Origin: a virus
Strand: one strand, 5' to 3'
Virus record (IMG/VR): IMGVR_UViG_3300033124_000584
Length of the DNA stretch: 64,000 nt
Shown here: in pieces, positions 7,897 through 17,683 of the stretch
Numbering within the stretch: the stretch's first letter is position 1
Layout of the letters: each line of letters begins with the position of its first letter
The notes under the pieces: model-generated
The model's input: only the letters and a program-made list of their open reading frames with translations
Databases searched by the model: none
Told to the model about the DNA's origin: nothing
Made by a program: the position numbers and the translations under genes

Positions 7897-10395
7897 ATGG
7901 CAACTACTGTTGATGAATTAGGTAATGTTATTGAAGTAACCACCGATGCGGAACAAACAGACCAGCAAAATCGTTCATACATATCGTCTGGGGGTATTGA
8001 TGATGATTCCGGATCAATTCAGCGATTTGATGACGGCTCAAGCATACAAGCATTTGATGACGGTTCGCAGTTAATTACAGACTCAGAAGGTGGAATATCT
8101 AGTACACCTGCAGTTGATTATGTTAATGCCGGCACTGCCCAAGCCGGAAAATCCGGAACATCCGCCGCAAAAACATCTAAAGCTAAACCCGGTAAACGAA
8201 CACAAAACCCTTTAGGCAATTTTAGTAGTTACACGTATCAATTATCATTGTATATGATAACACCTGATGCATATGATGCCTTTATACAATCAGGTAGAAA
8301 AAATATTAATGCATTTCAGGATGTTAATAATTCTGGTAACGGTGTATTCTTAATTGCACAAAGCGGGGGTATTAACAATACAACATCAAAACGTGCACCT
8401 GGCTTTGACCAAGATTTCTTTATTGATAATTTAAAAATAGTTCAAGCTATTAATGGCAAAGAAACTGGAGCATCAACTAATACAACTGAGATGAGTTTTA
8501 CTGTTACTGAACCATATGGTTTCTCGTTCATATCTAAATTAAAACGTGCATCAGAAGCATTGGCTAAAGTTAGTAGATCCAAAAACTATAAAGATTTACA
8601 AAATCCATCAAAACAATTTTTTATGTTGGGGATTCGTTTTCAGGGATATGATTTAAATGGAAACGTAATCAATTCAAAAGATATTCCCGGTACAGATGGA
8701 GACCCTCAAGGAAATGCATATGGTATATACGAACGATTCTATGATATACTCATTACTGGAATTAAATTCAAAATTGAAGGTAAAGCAGTAACATATAATA
8801 TAACCGCAACTTCTGTTGCTAGCGGAAGTGCGTTTGGTGTCAAGCGTGGAATTATTGACCAAGGTGCAAAAATTATTGCAGACACAGTTAACAATGCGTT
8901 AATAGGTGATGATGTAATGTATACCGGATTGTTGGGTAAATTGAACAACGACCAAAAGAAATTATTAGATGCAAAAAGTATAGAAATAGCAAATGAATGG
9001 GATGTCGTATTCATTGGGGATGCAGACCCTACAATTAAATTTGCAAGTATAGTTAATAAAGCTGATATTGATAAGCGTAAATGGGCCATGTCTAAAGTTT
9101 CTGATACAGCAAACGTTAATGTATCAACTGAAGTAGAAAGCTCTCCAAATAATACAATCAGAGAAATTACAGTACCCGGTGGAACACCTATATTACAAGC
9201 AGTAAATCAAATTATCTTACAAAGTGATTTTTTAACAAAAGCACTGACAAAAGTTTATACCACTGCAGAGGAACCTAATCCCAAAGGTGGTGATGATGAA
9301 ATCATCGACGATTCAAAGAATCAAATCAAGTGGTATACAATGACTGCTGAAGTTAAAAATTTGGGGTGGGATAAGTTGCAAAATGATTTTGCATATAAAA
9401 CAACTTATATTATTCAAACATACGACACACCAGTTGTAGTAAGTTCATATGCTAAGAAAACACCGGCATATTATGGCCCGCATAAACGATATGAATATTG
9501 GTTCACTGGAAAGAATTCTGAAATATTGAGATATGAACAAACTTTGGATAACACATTTTTTAATGTTGCAGTAGCCGCCACTGATAACCCAAATGCCTCT
9601 GGAGGTAATACAGATATAGCTGTTAAAGTTGGCAAGCCACAAGGTCAACCAGATCAAGGCGCATTGAATTTGGGATTAGAAGCACAGAATTCATATATGA
9701 CAAGTCTATATGACCCTGGCTCATTTGCTACTGCAAAGATTCAAATTTTAGGAGATCCAGATTTCCTAATGCAACCCTCACCTAGTAGTATTAATAATCT
9801 TTATAATAAATTTTACGGCACTGATGGCTATACTGTTAATCCAAACGGTGGTCAAGTGTTTATTGAAATTAATTTTAAAGAACCAATTGATTATAAAAAT
9901 AGTGATGGTTTATTAAGTATTAATGAATCTATACTATTTTGGAAATATCCGGCTGCGGTAACAAAAGAAATTAACAGTCGAGGTGGCGGAGTAAGTTATA
10001 TGGTTATTAGTTGCACAAGTTCATTTAAGTCAGGCAAATTTGAACAAGAATTAATGTGCAACATTAATACATTCCCTGATATAGCTGATTCTAAATCAGA
10101 TGAAGCCGACGCCGGGCGACAGTCTAACATACAAGAAAACGTATTTGATCCTACAGGCAATAATGGTAATCGTTCAGGAGCTGGTACTAGTGCAACTACA
10201 GAGAATGGATCAAGTACTACAGGTAACACAAGAGAATATGAACCGGATCCATCTGAAGATTTGGGCAATTATTCTGGCAATCTTCCAACTAACCAACAAA
10301 CAATACCTGACAAGAACGGACCAGTACAAGATGATGATGCGGCAAAAGATACTGAAAAACAGTTTACGGATGAAGGTGGAAGAGAAGAAGGTTAA
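7897..10395 (+). CDS. Putative baseplate hub protein (gp27-like position) with disordered acidic termini
   Basis: Lies between the gp53-like and spike genes; IQILGDPDFL and CTSSFKSGKFEQEL resemble hub-protein motifs; low-complexity N- and C-termini. Confidence 0.55.
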   Translation: MATTVDELGNVIEVTTDAEQTDQQNRSYISSGGIDDDSGSIQRFDDGSSIQAFDDGSQLITDSEGGISSTPAVDYVNAGTAQAGKSGTSAAKTSKAKPGKRTQNPLGNFSSYTYQLSLYMITPDAYDAFIQSGRKNINAFQDVNNSGNGVFLIAQSGGINNTTSKRAPGFDQDFFIDNLKIVQAINGKETGASTNTTEMSFTVTEPYGFSFISKLKRASEALAKVSRSKNYKDLQNPSKQFFMLGIRFQGYDLNGNVINSKDIPGTDGDPQGNAYGIYERFYDILITGIKFKIEGKAVTYNITATSVASGSAFGVKRGIIDQGAKIIADTVNNALIGDDVMYTGLLGKLNNDQKKLLDAKSIEIANEWDVVFIGDADPTIKFASIVNKADIDKRKWAMSKVSDTANVNVSTEVESSPNNTIREITVPGGTPILQAVNQIILQSDFLTKALTKVYTTAEEPNPKGGDDEIIDDSKNQIKWYTMTAEVKNLGWDKLQNDFAYKTTYIIQTYDTPVVVSSYAKKTPAYYGPHKRYEYWFTGKNSEILRYEQTLDNTFFNVAVAATDNPNASGGNTDIAVKVGKPQGQPDQGALNLGLEAQNSYMTSLYDPGSFATAKIQILGDPDFLMQPSPSSINNLYNKFYGTDGYTVNPNGGQVFIEINFKEPIDYKNSDGLLSINESILFWKYPAAVTKEINSRGGGVSYMVISCTSSFKSGKFEQELMCNINTFPDIADSKSDEADAGRQSNIQENVFDPTGNNGNRSGAGTSATTENGSSTTGNTREYEPDPSEDLGNYSGNLPTNQQTIPDKNGPVQDDDAAKDTEKQFTDEGGREEG

Positions 10396-10397
10396 TT

Positions 10398-13300
10398 ATG
10401 GCACAAGATTATTTCAAACCAAAAGGCAAAGCAAAAGCTAGCGAACCAGATGCTGGCGGTGGTGTCATACGTTCAGAACCAGCATTGGGCGTTGTTAAAA
10501 ACAATATAGACCCTACACGTGGCGGTAGAATTCAAGTATATATTGCTGATTTTGGAGCCCCTGATCCTGATGACAGTTCTAGTTGGGTTACTGTAGCATA
10601 TATGAGTCCGTTCTTTGGGGCTACCCCGGGTAGTGGAGGACAAGATACACTTGGTTCTTATTTACAAAATCCAAGTAGTTATGGTATGTGGTTTAGTCCA
10701 CCTGACATAGGTAGTACTGTAGTTTGTATATTTGTTAACGGAGATATGAATTATGGTTATTACATTGGCGGTGTACCATCACCGGAGTTATTGCAAATGG
10801 TTCCTGCAATAGGATCAAGTGAAAATGTAACATTGAATAAAGGTGAATCAGATAGTTACGGTGGTGCAACTAAATTGCCAGTAACTAATTTAAATACAAA
10901 TAATTCATCAGTAACAGATGGTTCAAACTTTTTAACAGAAGCTAAACCAGTACATAGTTATGTTGCTTCTATATTGTCACAGCAAGGATTAATTAGAGAT
11001 CCAATTAGAGGTCCTATTACTTCTAGTGCATTACGTGAAAGTCCAAGTCGGGTTGGTTGGGGAGTAAGCACTCCCGGTAGACCTATATTTCAAGGTGGCT
11101 ATTCAGATGATAATGTTGCTGATGCCGCTAACAATAGTGGTCAACAAAGTGCATTAGGTGTTGTGTCACGTAGAGGTGGACATAGTATTGTAATGGACGA
11201 CGGAGATTTAATTGGAAATGACCAATTAATTAGAATTCGCACAGCATTGGGTCATCAGATATTGATGAGTGATGACGGACAAACATTGTTTATCATTCAT
11301 AGCAATGGTCAAAGTTATATTGAGTTAGGTAAAGAAGGTACAATTGATATGTACGCTACTAACTCAGTTAATATCAGAACACAGGGTGATTTAAATTTAC
11401 ACGCAGATAACAATATCAATATTAACGCAAAAAAAGATTTAAACATTGCGGCTGATAATATTAATATCAATACAGAAACAGATATAAATTTTAGAGCAGG
11501 AGGAAACTTTAAAGGTTATACTTTAGGGACATATACAATTAAAGTAGATGGTACAATGAGCATGGGTGCAGGTGGTTCCGGCTCTTACGCATCATCAGGT
11601 GATATGTTTATCAATGGTAGTAAAGTTAATTTGAATTCAGGTGAAACATCAACTGCACCTGAAGTTGTTGCACCGTTGCCCACTGTAGCACATACTGATA
11701 CTCTTTTTGATGCAGTTAAAGGTTGGGCGGCAGCGCCGGCTAAGTTATTATCTATTGTAAGTCGTGCTCCTGCACATGCACCTTGGGCTAATGCAAATCA
11801 AGGTGTTGATGTAAAAGTAAGTAACAATGCTAGTGAAGAATTACCAAGCGCACCAACTGAAGCGGTAGAGTCAGCAAACAACTCAGCCGCATCAACACCG
11901 GATAACGTAACAAATCCAGCAGTATCATCTACTGTTCCAGCTACATCTAATACAAGTGAATCATTGACAAATTCAGTCACTTCATCTATGGTTAGCAGTG
12001 TTGCAACAAACGCGGCCAGTGTCGCTCCCAATGTTGTATCAACTGGCGCCGGAGTATTTGAAAATGCTAAAGGTACATTATCAGCCGGAGTAGGATCACT
12101 TGCTCAAACACCAAAACAGTTAGAAGCGGCTGGTATATTGAAACCGGGCGCAAGCGCATTGGTTGATAGTTTAGTTCAAGGCGGTTCAAATATACAATCT
12201 GCTATGACAAATAACTTGTTTACAGGCAAAGCAGGAGCAGAAAACTTAACAGCAATCGCACAAAACACAACTTCACAAGTTAAAGCTCAAGTAGAAAATT
12301 TCCAACAGGCACAAACTGGGTTACAGTTAGCTGGTATTATTACCGGTAAAGAAGCGCCAACTCAAATTGCTGGTCTTGTTGTAGCAGGTGCAACGGCAGG
12401 TCTTCCGGCAACAATAGACTTTGTTAAAAACTCAGCAGGTAATGTTGCCAATGCCATTGGAAGTATATCTTCAGGCGCAACCAGTGATGTTTCAAAATTA
12501 GTAGCGTCCGGTAATTTTGCGGCTAGTATGGCAACAAATGTTACTGGTGGTCTTTCATCTATTACTACATCATTGAGTGGTATGGGTACACCTGCAATAC
12601 AAGGTTTGTCTGGACTAGTAGATAGTGCTAAAGGGTTAGCGGGTTCAGCATTTGCCGCAATAACTAGTTCATTTAAAGCATTTACTCCCGGAATACCGCA
12701 AAATCTGAAAGCGATTGCAGAGAAAAATGCCGCTAACCAAGCCGCTAATGAAGCGCAAGCTAATTCTGGACCGCTAGCCCAATTAGCAGGTGCGGCAGGT
12801 GCAAGCATTCCATCATTAACAAATCCACTCAGTGGTCTTGCAAGTTCAGCAACCGGAGCACTGAGTTCAATTACAGGGGCGGCCGGGGCATTAGGTTCCA
12901 TTACAGGGACAGCCGGAGCACTGAGTTCAATTACAGGGGCGGCCGGGGCATTAGGTTCAATTACAGGGACTGCCGGAGCAATAAGTGCGGTGACCGGCGT
13001 TGCCGGATCGTTGATAAGTAAAACCTCAGTGTCATCATTAGCTAGTGGAGTTAATTCATTGCCTGGAGGCGCCGGGGCAATTGGTGCTATTATAGGAGCA
13101 ACTGGTTCATCTTTACCAAATTTACCAAGCATAACGCAAGCATCTAATTTAATTAAAAATACATCAGCCGCGGTTACAAATGGTATAACTACTGCCGCAT
13201 CTGCCCTAAGCGGAAATGTATCATTGAGCGCCGGACCACTTAGTGGTCTTGCAAACAATATTGAGAGTTTAAATATAAACTCATTGACTAAAGGTTTATC

Positions 13301-13772
13301 AGAAGGAACACAAAGTCTAACAGCATTAGCATCGGCTGGTTTGCCAGCCAGCGCAGCCGCATCATTGCAAGCAAGTCTAAGTTCATTAAGTTCATCTAGT
13401 CCTTTCCCTATCAAGCTACCAACTATTGGAGCGAATACGATAGATAGGGGAGAATTAACAGCACAATTAGGATCAGTATTGGGTGATAAGAGAATACCTA
13501 TTCCAAATTTTGGGGGTTCTGGACCATCAAGTTTAGCTAAGGCCGCGGGTGATAGATTAAATGAATTGCTCAAACAGCAACAAGCATTGGTTGTTGAACA
13601 AGAGGAACAAAGTAAAAAAATTGCTAAAGCACGTGCCGCTTATATAGAAGCAAGGGATAATTTACCTCAAGGTGATCCTGCACTAGATTCTGCTAAAGAA
13701 GCATATATAGCAGAAGTTACAGCATTAGGCGCCATTACAGACAAGATTAGAGACATAGCAAACCGAGCATAA
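10398..13772 (+). CDS. gp5: Baseplate central spike, gp5/VgrG-like, with a long C-terminal extension
   Basis: OB-fold motifs VKNNIDPTRGGRIQVYI and GMWFSPPDIGSTVVCIFVNGD; GHSIVMDD/GHQILMSD beta-helix repeats ending in GSKVNLNS; then about 700 aa that are Ala/Gly/Ser-rich. Confidence 0.8.
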   Translation: MAQDYFKPKGKAKASEPDAGGGVIRSEPALGVVKNNIDPTRGGRIQVYIADFGAPDPDDSSSWVTVAYMSPFFGATPGSGGQDTLGSYLQNPSSYGMWFSPPDIGSTVVCIFVNGDMNYGYYIGGVPSPELLQMVPAIGSSENVTLNKGESDSYGGATKLPVTNLNTNNSSVTDGSNFLTEAKPVHSYVASILSQQGLIRDPIRGPITSSALRESPSRVGWGVSTPGRPIFQGGYSDDNVADAANNSGQQSALGVVSRRGGHSIVMDDGDLIGNDQLIRIRTALGHQILMSDDGQTLFIIHSNGQSYIELGKEGTIDMYATNSVNIRTQGDLNLHADNNININAKKDLNIAADNININTETDINFRAGGNFKGYTLGTYTIKVDGTMSMGAGGSGSYASSGDMFINGSKVNLNSGETSTAPEVVAPLPTVAHTDTLFDAVKGWAAAPAKLLSIVSRAPAHAPWANANQGVDVKVSNNASEELPSAPTEAVESANNSAASTPDNVTNPAVSSTVPATSNTSESLTNSVTSSMVSSVATNAASVAPNVVSTGAGVFENAKGTLSAGVGSLAQTPKQLEAAGILKPGASALVDSLVQGGSNIQSAMTNNLFTGKAGAENLTAIAQNTTSQVKAQVENFQQAQTGLQLAGIITGKEAPTQIAGLVVAGATAGLPATIDFVKNSAGNVANAIGSISSGATSDVSKLVASGNFAASMATNVTGGLSSITTSLSGMGTPAIQGLSGLVDSAKGLAGSAFAAITSSFKAFTPGIPQNLKAIAEKNAANQAANEAQANSGPLAQLAGAAGASIPSLTNPLSGLASSATGALSSITGAAGALGSITGTAGALSSITGAAGALGSITGTAGAISAVTGVAGSLISKTSVSSLASGVNSLPGGAGAIGAIIGATGSSLPNLPSITQASNLIKNTSAAVTNGITTAASALSGNVSLSAGPLSGLANNIESLNINSLTKGLSEGTQSLTALASAGLPASAAASLQASLSSLSSSSPFPIKLPTIGANTIDRGELTAQLGSVLGDKRIPIPNFGGSGPSSLAKAAGDRLNELLKQQQALVVEQEEQSKKIAKARAAYIEARDNLPQGDPALDSAKEAYIAEVTALGAITDKIRDIANRA
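12853..13002 (+). repeat. 30-bp unit repeat (GALSSITGAA/GALGSITGTA): a near-perfect 60-bp duplication plus one degenerate unit
   Basis: ccggagcactgagttcaattacaggggcggccggggcattaggttc occurs at 12853 and 12913. Confidence 0.9.
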
Positions 13773-13775
13773 ATA
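13768..13775 (+). promoter_or_regulatory. Putative late promoter CATAAATA, 5 nt before the gp25 ATG (leaderless)
   Basis: Overlaps the gp5 stop codon; shares the ATAAATA core with the other upstream motifs; no SD. Confidence 0.5.
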
Positions 13776-13780
13776 TTATC

Positions 13781-14230
13781 ATGCCTAATTATATTGGATT
13801 CAGCACAATCAACGCTAATAAACCTAGATCCACCGATCTAAATGCAGGGGTCGACGGTGGCACCGGTTCTATTTTACAACCTGTCAGAGTGGGTAAAAAG
13901 TTTAGATTAGTAGATACCCCATTAGTCGTGCGTGACTTTATCAATGCACTAAATATTCAACAGGGTCAAAAAGTAGGCAAACCTGAATATGGAACTACTC
14001 TTTGGAGCTTTGTGTTCGAACCTAACACTCCCGATACTCAATTTCAATTAGAAAATGAGATACGCAGAATTGCTAATTTAGATCCTAGATTAGTACTAAA
14101 CTCAGTTAAGGCCTATCCGCAAGAGAACGGAATATTGATTGAACTTGAGATGGCTATAGCTCCATTCAATCAAGCATTTTTGTTAAATGTCTTTTTTGAC
14201 AATGCAACAAATAATGCAGTTTTACAATAA
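13781..14230 (+). CDS. gp25: Baseplate wedge subunit, T4 gp25-like
   Basis: GQKVGKPEYGTTLWSFVFEP...IRRIANLDPRL motif; 149 aa; between the spike and gp6. Confidence 0.88.
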   Translation: MPNYIGFSTINANKPRSTDLNAGVDGGTGSILQPVRVGKKFRLVDTPLVVRDFINALNIQQGQKVGKPEYGTTLWSFVFEPNTPDTQFQLENEIRRIANLDPRLVLNSVKAYPQENGILIELEMAIAPFNQAFLLNVFFDNATNNAVLQ

Positions 14231-14258
14231 ATTCTAAAAAACCGTTGTTTTCAGTTAA

Positions 14259-14266
14259 GATAAATA
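14259..14266 (+). promoter_or_regulatory. Putative late promoter GATAAATA
   Basis: Exact octamer in the gp25-gp6 intergenic region, 17 nt before ATG 14284. Confidence 0.6.
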
Positions 14267-14283
14267 CTTAAAAGAGAACAACT

Positions 14284-17200
14284 ATGGCCACAAGTTCAAG
14301 ACAATCAGCAATATTCGGGGTAAACGATTGGAAAGCAATTTACCAAACGTTTAGCCAAGCCGACTTTAAAAGTTACGACTATGAAACATTACGCAAAACT
14401 TTCATCGATTATTTGCGTGTATATTACCCTGAAACATATAATGATTATATTGAATCATCAGAATTCATTGCATTGTTAGACGTTATGGCGTTTATGGGTC
14501 AAGGTCTTGCCTTCCGCAATGACTTGAACACCCGTGAAAACTTTATTGATACAGCAGAGCGTAGAGATAGTGTTATTAAGTTAGCCAATTTAGTTAGTTA
14601 TACTCCAAAACGAAACTTAGCCGGACAAGGCTATCTAAAAGTAACAAGCATACAAACTACTCAAAATATTGTAGATTTAAATGGTTTTAACTTAAGCAAT
14701 ATTCCTATTCTTTGGAATGATCCTGCTAACTCTAATTGGTTAGAACAGTTCAACACTATAGTAAATGCTACATTAATTAATACACAAAAGGTAGGTCGCC
14801 CGGGCAATACCGCACAAATTATTGGTGTAAAGACGGATGAGTATACAATGCAAATTCCAGCTGGAACATTGCCAGTTGTACCATTATCAAGCCAAGTTGA
14901 TGGTATCAACATGAATTTTGAGTTGTGCAGTGTTACCACTGTAGATGAGGATTATGTTTATGAGATTCCTCCTGCCCCAACAAACAGATTTAATATGCTA
15001 TATCGTAACGATAAGTTAGGATATGGTAGTCCAAACACAGGTTTCTTCTTCTACTTTAAACAAGGTACATTACAGAACTTTGACTTTACTTTACAACAAA
15101 AAATTAGCAATCAAGTAGTTGACATTGATATTCAAGGTGTTAATAACACCGACACGTGGTTGTACCAATTAAGTACAAACAATGGCTCATTGGGATTATG
15201 GAAACAAGTAGATAACATTTATGCTGATGCGTATTTACAAACTGAATCTAGCTTTAAAGATATTTTTTCTGTTAACTCACGATTCAACGACCAAGTAAGT
15301 TATGTATTTGGTGACGGCGTATTTAGTACCATACCTGTCGGTAACTATAGGGCATATGTTCGTTCTGGTAATGCATTAACTTATACAATTGACCCAAATG
15401 AAATGCAAGGCATTTCTGTTACATTTAATTATGTAAGCAGAGTTGGTCGCCAAGAATCATTAACAGTTGGACTAGCACTACAAACGCCAGTATCAAACGC
15501 ACAGACACGTGAAAGTCTTGCTAATATTAAGCAACGTGCTCCAACTCGTTACTATACACAAAATCGTATGGTTAACGGTGAAGACTATACCAACTTCCCT
15601 TATACATTATATAGTTCTATTATCAAATCAAAAGCTATCAATCGTAGTAGTGTTGGGGTGTCAAAGAATTTAGATTTACTTGACCCAACAGGAAAATATA
15701 GTAGTACTAACAGTTTTGCCAATGACGGCGGTGTGTGGTTAAATAATGCTGAAGGTAGTTCATCATTAGTTATAAACAATTCTGGTGATATTATTACATT
15801 CTTAACAGATAATTTAGCTACTATCTTATCTGATAACCGTTCTACTCAATATTATATACAAAATTATACTAGATACAATATCAACAGTGCTTCTGGCGAT
15901 GGAACAATATATTGGCAATCAAGCACAGTAGATGCTAATAGTCAAACTGGTTATTTTTATAATATTCAAAATGGTGATGTAAGTCCTATTCCAGTTGCTA
16001 CATATTCAACTAACAATGTAAAGTATATTACAAAAGGCGCATTGATAAAATTTACAGCTCCTGCAGGTTTTTACTTTAATGCTAATAATCGTTTAGTCAG
16101 CGGAATTGTAACACCAACTGATAAAACATATATTTGGACAACTGTATTAAACGTAATAGGAGATGGCTATAACAATGGACAAGGTAGTTTTGCGAATGGC
16201 ACCGGCCCAATAACACTAAATGGTTATGTACCAACAGAAGCAATATTATCGGTTGTATTACCTGCGTTTGATAATATCTTACCAAATTCTATAATACAAG
16301 AATGTAGAGTTCGTATGGAGTTGCAACAAAACTTTAGTTTAGTTTTTAATAACTCATTGACAATAGCACAAAATCGTTGGAGCGTTCAAAACTTTGATGC
16401 TACCGGATATTTTGTTAATTTTCAAAGTACTGGGTATAACAGATATACAGTAACATATCGTTCACTTGCTTATTATTTTGGTAGTGTCGCAGATACTAGG
16501 TTTACATATGAAGCAGGTAAACTTGTGTATGATCCATTCAGTGGACAAATTTTACAAGATTTTGTAAACGTGCTGGCAACCAACACCCAGCCTGGTAGTA
16601 ATTATCCATTAATAAATAACGTATCTGCTAGTGTTGTTGGACAAACAGTACAAAGTGATGGGTATATTGATGACTTTGAAGTAGAAATAGCTAGTATTAA
16701 TGTTAATGATAGAACACTAATTGAAAATCCAGATTTCTTTAATCAAATTACTGGTTATGTAACCGGCAATACCAACATTGGAATATACACTTTCTTTGAA
16801 GAATTGCAAGATGCTATTAATTTAACACGATTACAATTAATACCATCAACTGATGTATCATATCAATATCCAACTAAAACTCAAGTTGAAGTTGTAAAAT
16901 ACGATTATCCTTTAGGTCAATTATTCTATGCGTATACAGATAATGTTTTTTACATATCGGTACAAGACCAGACAGTTACAACTCCATATTATATCTTAGT
17001 AGAACAACCACAATATAGCATGAGACCTGGCCGACAAGGTTTACAATTCCAATATCGTCATAATAGTAATAATACTACACGCATTGATCCAGCTACAACA
17101 AACATTATTGATTTGTATGTAGTAACTCAGGCTTACTATACCGCATATCAAAATTATATACAAGATAGTACAAATACTATTATTGAACCGTCACGCCCAA

Positions 17201-17655
17201 CAACTACTGAATTGTCAGCTTACTATCCACAAATTAATGATTTCAAAATGTTATCTGATAGTGCTATATTAAATAGTGTACTTTTTAAACCTTTGTTTGG
17301 TCCTAAGGCTGCTTCTGCATTGAGAGGAACAATTAAAGTTATTAAGAATTCTAATACTAACGCAAGCGACAGTGAGATTCGTAGTGCGGTATTAACACAG
17401 ATGAATAATTATTTTAATATTAACAATTGGAACTTTGGCGATACATTCTATTTCAGTGAATTGAGTGCATATATTCACGCTGAGATTGGTGAATTGGTAA
17501 GTTCTTGTGTATTAGTACCTAACGATCCTACAATGAGTTTTGGAGATTTATATGAAATTAAATGTTTGCCTTATGAGATATTCGTAAATGCCGCAACTGC
17601 GAATGACGTACTGGTCATTGCCGCACTCACACCCGCCGAATTACAAATAGCATAA
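14284..17655 (+). CDS. gp6: Baseplate wedge protein, T4 gp6-like (1123 aa)
   Basis: DFKSYDYETLRK...DYIESSEFIALLD...ENFIDTAERRDSVIKLANLVSYTPKR, RESLANIKQRAP...QNRMVNGEDY, and C-terminal NWNFGDTFYFSELSAYI. Confidence 0.88.
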   Translation: MATSSRQSAIFGVNDWKAIYQTFSQADFKSYDYETLRKTFIDYLRVYYPETYNDYIESSEFIALLDVMAFMGQGLAFRNDLNTRENFIDTAERRDSVIKLANLVSYTPKRNLAGQGYLKVTSIQTTQNIVDLNGFNLSNIPILWNDPANSNWLEQFNTIVNATLINTQKVGRPGNTAQIIGVKTDEYTMQIPAGTLPVVPLSSQVDGINMNFELCSVTTVDEDYVYEIPPAPTNRFNMLYRNDKLGYGSPNTGFFFYFKQGTLQNFDFTLQQKISNQVVDIDIQGVNNTDTWLYQLSTNNGSLGLWKQVDNIYADAYLQTESSFKDIFSVNSRFNDQVSYVFGDGVFSTIPVGNYRAYVRSGNALTYTIDPNEMQGISVTFNYVSRVGRQESLTVGLALQTPVSNAQTRESLANIKQRAPTRYYTQNRMVNGEDYTNFPYTLYSSIIKSKAINRSSVGVSKNLDLLDPTGKYSSTNSFANDGGVWLNNAEGSSSLVINNSGDIITFLTDNLATILSDNRSTQYYIQNYTRYNINSASGDGTIYWQSSTVDANSQTGYFYNIQNGDVSPIPVATYSTNNVKYITKGALIKFTAPAGFYFNANNRLVSGIVTPTDKTYIWTTVLNVIGDGYNNGQGSFANGTGPITLNGYVPTEAILSVVLPAFDNILPNSIIQECRVRMELQQNFSLVFNNSLTIAQNRWSVQNFDATGYFVNFQSTGYNRYTVTYRSLAYYFGSVADTRFTYEAGKLVYDPFSGQILQDFVNVLATNTQPGSNYPLINNVSASVVGQTVQSDGYIDDFEVEIASINVNDRTLIENPDFFNQITGYVTGNTNIGIYTFFEELQDAINLTRLQLIPSTDVSYQYPTKTQVEVVKYDYPLGQLFYAYTDNVFYISVQDQTVTTPYYILVEQPQYSMRPGRQGLQFQYRHNSNNTTRIDPATTNIIDLYVVTQAYYTAYQNYIQDSTNTIIEPSRPTTTELSAYYPQINDFKMLSDSAILNSVLFKPLFGPKAASALRGTIKVIKNSNTNASDSEIRSAVLTQMNNYFNINNWNFGDTFYFSELSAYIHAEIGELVSSCVLVPNDPTMSFGDLYEIKCLPYEIFVNAATANDVLVIAALTPAELQIA

Positions 17656-17658
17656 GTA
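17651..17658 (+). promoter_or_regulatory. Possible late promoter variant CATAAGTA
   Basis: One mismatch from CATAAATA; overlaps the gp6 stop, 25 nt before the giant ORF. Confidence 0.35.
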
Positions 17659-17683
17659 TAATATAACCATAGAGAATTTTATA

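Noticed and set aside
12362-13573. 403-aa antisense ORF (also 5422-6039, 11798-12031 and 53814-54410)
   Set aside because: Shadow ORFs opposite well-supported genes, explained by Ala/Gly/Thr-rich sense codons that lack antisense stops; no motifs or start signals.
14238-14251. Terminator hairpin AAAAC-CGTT-GTTTT between gp25 and gp6
   Set aside because: The stem is almost all A:T and too weak to call.
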